DNA from: an uncultured Oscillospiraceae bacterium
Lineage (GTDB): Bacteria; Bacillota; Clostridia; Oscillospirales; Oscillospiraceae
DNA length: 52,834 nt
Assembly: GCA_964411785.1 (NCBI GenBank)
Contig: CAYPMJ010000001.1
Span: forward strand, 1-52,834
Reading direction: 5' to 3'
Under the pieces are notes generated by a model. That model had not been told where the DNA came from. It worked only from the letters and a program-made list of their open reading frames with translations, and did no database searches. The translations under genes and the position numbers were made by a program. Of this stretch, positions 44,775 to 52,106 are shown one piece after another. Every line of letters starts with the position of its first letter. Within the stretch, counting starts at the first letter, position 1.

Positions 44775-45719
44775 TCACCAGAGTGACGTGTCTGAGATGT
44801 TGCGGCTTATGGTGTTTGCGCCTATGACCAGTGCAAAGCCTATGAGCGAGTTGAAGAGACTCACCGACGCCCCCACGCCGTAATTTGCGTTGACGATTCC
44901 GATGCGCTGCTCAAAGGTGGACAGCACGTCCGCCGTGGTGTAAATGTTGGCGTTGTAGAGAAGCAGCACCCTCTCATAGCCCACCGAGAGCATATTGCCT
45001 ATCCTCATGATTATCATGATGATGAGCGTCGGCGCAATGCACGGGAGCGTCACATACCTGAGCTCCTGGAACTTGTTGGCTCCGTCCACCTTCATGGCCT
45101 CGTACAGCGTCGGCGCGATGCCCATGATGGCCGCGAAGTAGACAATGGAGTTGTAACCGCTCTCCTTCCATATCCCCACAGCTATATACAGCGGCCTGAA
45201 GTAGTTGGCCTTGGAGAGCAGAGAGACTCCGCTCTCAATAAGTCCGAGGCGCTGGAAGATGGCGGCTATTACGCCGGTGGAGCTTGCGCCGCTGTAGACC
45301 AGCATGATGGTGATACTGGTTATGGTGACCTCGGAGAGGAAGTGCGGCAGATAGATGGCCGTCTGGGTAAACTTCCTGACAAAGCTGTTGCCAATCTCCG
45401 AGAAGAGAAGCGCCAGAATTATAGGTATCGGGAAACCGAACACGAGCCCGTAGGCATTGATTACGAAGGTATTCCTGAAGGCCTGCCAGAAGCTCTCCTT
45501 ATAGACGCCCGTCACCAGGTTGAAGAAGTTCGCCACCCCCCTGAATTCGCTGTTCCAGGTTCCAAGCAGGGGATCAAACCGCTTGAACGCGATCAGCAGT
45601 CCGCCCATCGGCTTATAGGCCCATAGGGCCAGCCAGATGATCAGCGGCGCTAAGAGGACGTAGAGCCGCCACTCGCTGAGAATGCCGCGCACCAGCTTCC
45701 CCGCTCTGGGGGTTCGCAT
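44775..45719 (-). CDS. Sugar ABC transporter permease (LplB-like)
   Basis: WRLYVLLAPLIIWLALWAYKPMGGLLIAFKRF is the typical LplB-type N-terminus, and YEAMKVDGANKFQELRYVTLP is the EAA loop. I place the start at ATG 45719, preceded by a GGAAGGAA SD site. Confidence 0.88.
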   Translation of the reverse strand: MRTPRAGKLVRGILSEWRLYVLLAPLIIWLALWAYKPMGGLLIAFKRFDPLLGTWNSEFRGVANFFNLVTGVYKESFWQAFRNTFVINAYGLVFGFPIPIILALLFSEIGNSFVRKFTQTAIYLPHFLSEVTITSITIMLVYSGASSTGVIAAIFQRLGLIESGVSLLSKANYFRPLYIAVGIWKESGYNSIVYFAAIMGIAPTLYEAMKVDGANKFQELRYVTLPCIAPTLIIMIIMRIGNMLSVGYERVLLLYNANIYTTADVLSTFEQRIGIVNANYGVGASVSLFNSLIGFALVIGANTISRNISDTSLW

Positions 45720-45820
45720 TTCTATTCCTTCCGTATTGATTTCAACCACCTCCCAAACAGCATATTTTTTACACCTTCCATCCTTATCATCTCCTCAAAA
45801 TTATCTGCTTATTTTTCACG

Positions 45821-45838
45821 TTCCATTCATGAACGGAA
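45821..45838. promoter_or_regulatory. Near-palindrome in the 5' UTR of the uronate operon
   Basis: TTCCATTCATGAACGGAA is symmetric at 16 of 18 positions. Confidence 0.35.
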
Positions 45839-45870
45839 AATAATCCCCTGCCCGTCGGGAAATTCACATA

Positions 45871-45887
45871 TATGAACTCGATTCATA
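45871..45887. promoter_or_regulatory. Inverted repeat just downstream of the -10 element; candidate IclR/KdgR-type operator
   Basis: TATGAA-N5-TTCATA lies 14-30 nt downstream of the -10 hexamer. ATGAA/TTCAT half-sites recall the enterobacterial KdgR box as I remember it. Confidence 0.4.
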
Positions 45888-45900
45888 ATTCTATGACGTT

Positions 45901-45929
45901 ATTATACAATAATAGTCATAACTTGTCAA
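45901..45929 (-). promoter_or_regulatory. Consensus sigma-A promoter of the 12-gene uronate operon
   Basis: The minus strand reads TTGACA, 17 nt, TATAAT. The -35 element is at 45924-45929 and the -10 at 45901-45906. Confidence 0.6.
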
Positions 45930-46170
45930 CAGAATCTTCATCAAGGTTAAAAAATTGTCATATTGCCGAATTTCCTCCCTCTCCGCTTTCTTCAAGGAAG
46001 CTTGAGAAGAAATCGGCGGGTTCTGTTTAAAAGAGCTTTTCGCCGGAAAAAGGCGCAAAAGCGCGGAAAAACTCCATGCATTTAAGGCTTGAGAGCGCAT
46101 TTACAGCAGAAAGAAGCCGCTGATCTCATACGGCACATTTACCTTAAGCTTCCTTTCGGGGTTCAGGCGT

Positions 46171-46200
46171 AAAAAATGAGAGCGGCCTTTTTAAGGCCGC
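46171..46200 (-). terminator. Intrinsic terminator about 215 nt downstream of the kinase gene
   Basis: A GCGGCCTT / AAGGCCGC stem is followed on the minus strand by CTCATTTTTT. Confidence 0.55.
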
Positions 46201-46413
46201 CCTTATGGCATCGGTTTTTCATATTGTGTATTCAACAGCTCTGTCTTTGAACAGTCAGCCGCGGCGCAGTCGCGATACGGTGGGGATAAAAGAGGCGTGA
46301 AAGCGCAGATATCCCGTTAATTTCAGGTTTAAAGCAGCGCATTCCGGCGAAAAAGTCCACCGGCCGCCGATAAGCATCTGTCCTAAGCTTCCCCCATCTT
46401 GCCGTTTAAGGTC

Positions 46414-49392
46414 TCAATCGTATGTCAGAACCTCGACATCACCATTACTCAGGCTTTCCGGCATAGAGCAGCTCCTGCTCACCGTCACCTCCTTCACCCC
46501 GGTGTCCCAGAGCGCATATTCGCCTATCGCCTCCACACTTGAGGGTATCTCAAGTTCAACCAGATGTTTGCAGTGGCAGAAAGCATACTCGCCAATCTCC
46601 CGCGTTCCATCGGGAACCGAATAGGAGCCGCCGGCTATGCTGCTGGGGAATGACACCAGCTTACCCATATCCTTTGTAAAGAGCACTCCGTCCAGGGCAG
46701 TGTAATATTCGTTGTCACTGTCAACGACGAACTCTTTAAACTCAGCTATCGGCCTAACCGCAAACGCGCCGTAGCCGATACTCTCCACCGAGGCCGGGAT
46801 CGTCACACCTGCAAGCTTCGTCTCCGCAAAGGCCAGAGCGCCTATGGTGACAAGGCCGCCCGGCAGATCCATCTGCGACAGCCTGTCTGCGTTCAGAAAA
46901 GCGGCGTAGCCCACCTCCTCAAGTCCATCCGGCAGGCCGATGAACGTCAGATTATCACAGTCCTTAAAGGCATCATCGCCAATGGTCACAACGCCTCTTG
47001 GCAGCCCTACCTGCTCCAGCGTGTCATCATCCTCAAAGGCGCTCTCGCCTATCGACACAACCTTCTGTCCATCTATGAAGTCGGGGATGGAAAAGCTCTT
47101 CTTTGTACCTGTATAGCCCGTTACGCTGATGCCGCTCCCCTCCTCCTCATACTCAAAGAAGACCGGGCTCTCAACCTCCAGCTCCCAGTTCGTGCCCGGG
47201 AACAGATCTATGTGGCGCTCTGAACCGTCATAGTATACGAAATTTGCCCTCCACAGCTGCTGATGCTCCCGCCCGGAGTCCTTCATCTCCATGAACCACA
47301 AAAAGTCATCTGAGAAGGACATCACTCCCGCCGTGTGATCCTCCAGCACAAGGGAGTCGCCTGTGCCGTTCAGACGTACACGGCGGATATCCTGTTCCTC
47401 CGAATCCACATAGTATATCCAGCCATTGCCGCAGCAGAACGCGAAGTTCGGGTCGATCCGGCAGTCGTACAGCCTATCATACCCCTCTTCTCTCTCCCCG
47501 TCCAGGTTCAGAGCCACAAGCGCACCCTCATTCTCGGACCACAGGTAAATCGTATCCTCGTCAATAAACCCGCTGACATAGCGCTTGTCCTCGTTCAGCA
47601 CCTGCAGCCCGCTGCCGTCAAGGCAGCATCTGAGCAGTCTCGTCCTGCGGTCCCCCGTCAGCAGCTCCGTATAGTAGATGAACTCCCTGTCTATATTGTA
47701 CCAGAGAATGCTGCCCTCAAGCACAGTCTCAGGTCCCCCGGCTATGTTGCTCAGATCCAGTCTGCACAGCCTGCGTGTGCTGTCATCCGGCTGTCCTGTC
47801 GGAGTATCCCCCTCCAGGAAATACAGCACTCTGCTGCCGTCGGAGAGCTCAGCGTACTCAAGGCCCGACAGATAATACCCATCGCCGGTGGTGGTGTAAA
47901 TCGGCGCAGCCCCGCTTCCATCCTTCTCCATCTCAAATATGCTTATCTGGGCGTAGTCAGTGGAGATGAAGTACACCTTGTCGTCTCCCTCCGATATGCC
48001 GCTTGCCGCCTCGTTCACCAGCACAGCGTCATATATGGGAAAGCTCCCGGACTCCTCATCATATCTGCACATATACAGGCCGTTGTCCCCGCCCACAAAG
48101 TAGACGTATTGATATGGTATCTTCAGCCAGCCGCAGCTGTTCTGAAGGCTTGAATTCGGTGTGCCCAATGTGACCGCTGTGAGCGGCTCAGACACAGATC
48201 CCTGGTCCGCGCCGGACAGTCCCTGTCCCTGAGCCGGATCAGAAGTCTGCATGTCGGAGGGGTCAGAGCTCGCCTCAGGCTCCTCATCAGTGCCCGAACC
48301 ATCCCGCTTCTCCTGCCAGCTTCTCTGGACAAGTCCCACAGTCAGAGCCAGCACCAGAAGGCCCGCCGCGCCAACGAGCGACGGCACAAGCCATTTCTTC
48401 CGTTTTGCCGGGGTCTGCGGCCCGAGTGCGGCGTCAAGCCTGTCGCACAGCACCCCCACGCTCTGGATCCGCTCCCGCCAATCCAGTGCCAGTCCATCCC
48501 ACAAAACAGCGGCTATCGGGTCCGGCACAACCGGCGGTATCACAAGCTTCGCTCCACCTGCTCTGTCAAGAGCGGAAGGCACGCTGTATCCCATCACACA
48601 GTAGTACATGGTCGCGCAGATTGAGTACACATCCGTCCATGGGCCTATGTTCCCCGCCTCCATATACTGCTCCATCGGGCTGAAGCCGTCCTTTGTCACC
48701 AGGTGCGTGGTGCTCCGACTCTGATCCCTCAGCTCCCTCGCAGCGCCCAGATCCAGCAGTCTCAGCTGTCCGTCCGGCTGTATCATTATATTGTCCGGGC
48801 TTATATCGCGGTGTACGAAGCCCTGCTGGTGAACCTTTTCCAATGCAAGAAGGAGCGGGCGAAGCATTGCGGCGCACTGCTCCGGCCTCATCAGGCCGTT
48901 TTGCTCCAGCCACTGCTTGAGCGTCACGCCCTCCACAAACTCCATGATGATATAGGCTGTATTATTCTCCTCAAAGGTATCCTGAACGCGAACCACCTCA
49001 GGTATATCCTTCATTTTCGCCAGCTTGCGCGCCTCTCTCAGGAAGCTCCCGCAGCTCTCCTTCCACCTGTCCCCCTGGAGCATCCCGCCGCTCCACTGAA
49101 GCGAGTTGGTGACGCTGCAGCTCCTGGACGCCTGACTCTGAGGAAAGCACTCCTTTATGGCAACCTTTACATCCAGCACCAGGTCCAGCCCCAGATATGT
49201 TATGCCAAAGCCTCCCTGCCCGAGCACTCTTCCCACAAGGTATTTCCCGTGCAGTACGGAAAGCGGTCTTAAACAGTAATCCGGCTGCTGTATCTGCCGG
49301 ACAGGCTGTCCGCACCTGGGACAGTATGGACTCCGGCTCGGTCCAAGCGGCGCCATGCAATGCACACAGCGGTTCAGATTATTATCATACAT
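46414..49392 (-). CDS. Hanks-type Ser/Thr protein kinase with an N-terminal zinc ribbon, one TM segment, a propeller-like region and a BspA-type LRR ectodomain
   Basis: The zinc ribbon is CVHC...CPRC. Kinase motifs are GQGGFGITY, VAIKE, HRDISPDNIM, DLGAA and SPMEQ. The TM segment is LVPSLVGAAGLLVLALTVGLV. Repeated IYY/YFV beta-strand motifs follow. The C-terminal repeats read IGxxAFxxCxxLxxIxLP. A GAGGAGAGGGGA SD site is present. Confidence 0.9.
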   Translation of the reverse strand: MYDNNLNRCVHCMAPLGPSRSPYCPRCGQPVRQIQQPDYCLRPLSVLHGKYLVGRVLGQGGFGITYLGLDLVLDVKVAIKECFPQSQASRSCSVTNSLQWSGGMLQGDRWKESCGSFLREARKLAKMKDIPEVVRVQDTFEENNTAYIIMEFVEGVTLKQWLEQNGLMRPEQCAAMLRPLLLALEKVHQQGFVHRDISPDNIMIQPDGQLRLLDLGAARELRDQSRSTTHLVTKDGFSPMEQYMEAGNIGPWTDVYSICATMYYCVMGYSVPSALDRAGGAKLVIPPVVPDPIAAVLWDGLALDWRERIQSVGVLCDRLDAALGPQTPAKRKKWLVPSLVGAAGLLVLALTVGLVQRSWQEKRDGSGTDEEPEASSDPSDMQTSDPAQGQGLSGADQGSVSEPLTAVTLGTPNSSLQNSCGWLKIPYQYVYFVGGDNGLYMCRYDEESGSFPIYDAVLVNEAASGISEGDDKVYFISTDYAQISIFEMEKDGSGAAPIYTTTGDGYYLSGLEYAELSDGSRVLYFLEGDTPTGQPDDSTRRLCRLDLSNIAGGPETVLEGSILWYNIDREFIYYTELLTGDRRTRLLRCCLDGSGLQVLNEDKRYVSGFIDEDTIYLWSENEGALVALNLDGEREEGYDRLYDCRIDPNFAFCCGNGWIYYVDSEEQDIRRVRLNGTGDSLVLEDHTAGVMSFSDDFLWFMEMKDSGREHQQLWRANFVYYDGSERHIDLFPGTNWELEVESPVFFEYEEEGSGISVTGYTGTKKSFSIPDFIDGQKVVSIGESAFEDDDTLEQVGLPRGVVTIGDDAFKDCDNLTFIGLPDGLEEVGYAAFLNADRLSQMDLPGGLVTIGALAFAETKLAGVTIPASVESIGYGAFAVRPIAEFKEFVVDSDNEYYTALDGVLFTKDMGKLVSFPSSIAGGSYSVPDGTREIGEYAFCHCKHLVELEIPSSVEAIGEYALWDTGVKEVTVSRSCSMPESLSNGDVEVLTYD

Positions 49393-49420
49393 AGCGCGTC
49401 CCCTCTCCTCTTTGGCCGGG

Positions 49421-50452
49421 TTACCAGCCCAGAATCAGTGCGGTAAAATTGTCCTGCAGCGGATCCTGCAGCGCCGCCACACGTTCCTCAAGGGCTATTG
49501 CAATATGTTCAACCTCTGTGTCCTCTTTGATAATCTCAGCAATGGTATCATCCGTAAGTTTATTAAAGACGCCATCTGTCATCAGCAGCAGCCTGTCCCC
49601 CGCCTCAAGCCGGATCGGTCCTGCGGACTCATCCACGTACCTGAGTCTGCCCATGCCGAAGAAGCTGGTGAGTCCTCTTTTCTGCGGATCATTGTCGGCT
49701 TCCTCTCGGGTGATCTCTCCGCGCATGACCATCCTGTTAAGCTCCACCTCGTAGGTATGCTCCTGATTCAGCTGAAAAATCCTGCCGCCTCTGTACAGAT
49801 ATATCCTGCTGTCGCCCACAGAGGCCCAATGGAAAAATCCGTCTCTGACCAGCACTGCCACCATAGTGGAGCCGCTCCGGTATATGCGCTCCGGACCCAG
49901 AAGAGCGTTTACTGCCTCATTCACCCTCTGCACCATTCCGCCCAGTGCGCCGTCCATCTGTCCGGGCGCAAGCTCCACTGCCTCCTTAAGCATTGACGCG
50001 ACCACGCACTGGCTGACCTCGTCCCCTGACGCAAGGCCGCCCATTCCGTCGGCCACCACCGCCAGTACCCCATCTGACAGCCCCGCCACCCCAAGGCTGT
50101 CCTGCTGGCCGGATCTGCGGCCTATGTTGTGAAACTTGGCTATCTGCACCGCGGGCAGCTGCGGCGTCTCCATGGCGTCTCCCGTCTCCTCAGCGCCTGT
50201 CTGCGGCATATTGGAACACGTCACTCCGTCGTCTGTCCTTCTCCTGCCACGGTGTTTTAATAGCAGCAGCAAAGCTGCGGCAACCACAGCAAGTGCCGCT
50301 AAAACCCCGCAAAGCGCGACTATCCGCCATGAACTGCGGGAGGAGCCGCCGTCTGCGGCAGCGCCCTTTATCGCGATTCCCACCGTCATCGACAGAAGGC
50401 AAACTGACATCGCTCTTGAAAAAGCCGTGCGCCTCCGCCTCCTAGTTTTCAT
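49421..50452 (-). CDS. PP2C-family (PPM) Ser/Thr phosphatase with an N-terminal membrane anchor
   Basis: It contains VVADGMGG, GSTMVAVLV, SVGDSRIYLY and LLLMTDGV. I place the start at ATG 50452 (MKTRRRRRTAF...), downstream of the upstream stop. The ORF-track start at 50587 overlaps the previous gene by 74 nt. Confidence 0.88.
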   Translation of the reverse strand: MKTRRRRRTAFSRAMSVCLLSMTVGIAIKGAAADGGSSRSSWRIVALCGVLAALAVVAAALLLLLKHRGRRRTDDGVTCSNMPQTGAEETGDAMETPQLPAVQIAKFHNIGRRSGQQDSLGVAGLSDGVLAVVADGMGGLASGDEVSQCVVASMLKEAVELAPGQMDGALGGMVQRVNEAVNALLGPERIYRSGSTMVAVLVRDGFFHWASVGDSRIYLYRGGRIFQLNQEHTYEVELNRMVMRGEITREEADNDPQKRGLTSFFGMGRLRYVDESAGPIRLEAGDRLLLMTDGVFNKLTDDTIAEIIKEDTEVEHIAIALEERVAALQDPLQDNFTALILGW

Positions 50453-50513
50453 ATTATCCCCCCAGATTCTGTAAATGGCAAGCGGGAGAGCCGAATGTCT
50501 CTCCCGCAGGTTA

Positions 50514-52079
50514 TCAGCGAACAACAAAAGCGTTGCTTCTGTCCGCCAGCCAGAACATCTCCCCTGGCCGAAGCGGCTGAGGAACATTGGGTGGGACGCG
50601 TACGTCCGATATATACGTTCCGCAGCTTGAAGTGTCTGTCAGGTACAGCGCACCGTTCTGAATTGACAGTGTGCAGTGCCTTCGGCTGACTCCCTGTGTA
50701 TCCGCGGCAAACCGCACTGTGCAGCCTGTGTCACGGCCAATCGTAACCGGCTGCGCTCCCAATGGCCACGAGCGTCCAGCCATCTCCCCTCCAACAGCGT
50801 AGATTCTCAATGCTGTCTGCTGAACGGCAGCGCCAGGGGTATAGGCCGGCTGCCGCACGCCGCCCGGCGGCACACGGTCAGGTGTCCTTCGTGCTTTCTT
50901 TCTCCGGGAAGCGCCGGCAATCAGGACTATGAGCAGCACTGCAAGGACCAGAACCGCAGCGCCTGCTATGATAGCCGTTGTCCCGGGAAGGCCCAGGAGT
51001 TCCCACTCTCTTACCCTGTCGCTTCCCCTTTCGTCCTCGCCGTCCCCATCCTTCTCCTCATCCGTTCTTCCGGTGTCCTGCGCTGCGCCCTCAACGCTCT
51101 CCTGCGCACCCCCGGTCTCATCACTGGACTCGGACGCGTCAGGTTCGTCTCCGCCTGGCCCGGCATCAGGCGTCTCGGAGGTCTGAGCCGTGTAAACATC
51201 GTACTCTATGCCAAGGCTGTCCAGAGCCTCCATCGCGTAGTCTATGAATATTGACTGGCAGTATATATCATCCTCCGTATTGCCGTAGGTGTTGATACCC
51301 ACCACTGCCCCGTTTCCCAGCAGCAGCGGGCCGCCGGAATTCCCGTGGTTTATGTGCGCGTCATGGGTAAAGGCCATGGTATCATCGGCCCACCTCAGTG
51401 TGGCTATGCGCGTGATGCTCCCCTTGGTAACCGTCACATCCTCCACTGCCGACAGGTAGCGGTAGGTGACGACGCTATCGCTCTGCGTGGCCGCGTCCGC
51501 GTCCACCGCGGCGGGGTACCCAAGGGCATAGACCGTGTCCAGCACCTTTGCGTTCTCGCTCGCCAGCAGCGGCAGCGCCTTGATCCCTGAAACCGGGGAT
51601 GTCGCCTGTATCACAGCCACATCCGGATAACCGGTGGTGGTGTACAGCACTCTGCACGGTATTGCCTGGCTGTCAAAGTTCTCGCCCCTTATAAGCTCAG
51701 TGGACACAGCGACGCCCCAGGAGTTGTACGTGGTCTGTATAGACAGCGCATCCGTATCCAGCAGAAGATAGATCTCGTCGGCTATCTCCCCGTCGTCTGT
51801 GACCACATGCCAATTTGTCACAAACGTGTCGGTATCCTCGCCCGAGATTCCCACGCCGAAAGCAGTCCCGGAGGCGATCATGCAGCTGCCGTCACTGTAA
51901 CGGCTTATGCTGATAACGCGGACTACACCGTTCCTTGCATTGCGGATAATCCGGCTCTCTTCGTCATCGGCTCTCACCTTCGGTGCCGGAGTCGACAGTG
52001 CAGCGGCTAACAGCATAACTGCCGACAGCAGCGGCGCCAGGATCGAGCGAAAACCTTTCTTCCTCATGCTCTTCCTCAT
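50514..52079 (-). CDS. Trypsin-like serine protease ectodomain, TM segment and cytoplasmic FHA domain in one fusion protein
   Basis: It has a signal peptide and a catalytic triad context of TNWHVV (His) and GNSGGPLL (Ser). An acidic linker precedes the TM segment IIAGAAVLVLAVLLIVLIAGA. The C-terminal FHA domain contains GRDTGC...VSRRHCTL...TDTSSCGTY. An AGGGAGGT SD site is present. Confidence 0.85.
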   Translation of the reverse strand: MRKSMRKKGFRSILAPLLSAVMLLAAALSTPAPKVRADDEESRIIRNARNGVVRVISISRYSDGSCMIASGTAFGVGISGEDTDTFVTNWHVVTDDGEIADEIYLLLDTDALSIQTTYNSWGVAVSTELIRGENFDSQAIPCRVLYTTTGYPDVAVIQATSPVSGIKALPLLASENAKVLDTVYALGYPAAVDADAATQSDSVVTYRYLSAVEDVTVTKGSITRIATLRWADDTMAFTHDAHINHGNSGGPLLLGNGAVVGINTYGNTEDDIYCQSIFIDYAMEALDSLGIEYDVYTAQTSETPDAGPGGDEPDASESSDETGGAQESVEGAAQDTGRTDEEKDGDGEDERGSDRVREWELLGLPGTTAIIAGAAVLVLAVLLIVLIAGASRRKKARRTPDRVPPGGVRQPAYTPGAAVQQTALRIYAVGGEMAGRSWPLGAQPVTIGRDTGCTVRFAADTQGVSRRHCTLSIQNGALYLTDTSSCGTYISDVRVPPNVPQPLRPGEMFWLADRSNAFVVR

Positions 52080-52106
52080 GCCGAACCTCCCTGTCCAATC
52101 GGCCTC

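Noticed and set aside
44062-44778. 238-aa same-strand alternative-frame ORF overlapping the LplC-like permease
   Set aside because: Its translation is rich in Arg, Gly, His and Pro and has no hydrophobic segments. The permease frame has TM helices, an EAA loop and a strong SD site.
45891-46100. 69-aa minus-strand ORF in the intergenic region
   Set aside because: It has no SD site and is AT-rich with atypical codon usage. Its 3' end overlaps the consensus promoter hexamers.
46201-46413. Short minus-strand ORFs (for example 40 aa MLIGGRWTF..., 19 aa MKNRCHKGG...)
   Set aside because: Neither has an SD site, and the second runs through the terminator stem. There is not enough evidence to call coding sequence.
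47335-50132. Plus-strand ORFs of 272, 189, 213 and 101 aa opposite the kinase and PP2C genes
   Set aside because: They are antisense to genes with complete kinase and PP2C motif sets, and their translations show high-GC wrong-strand composition.
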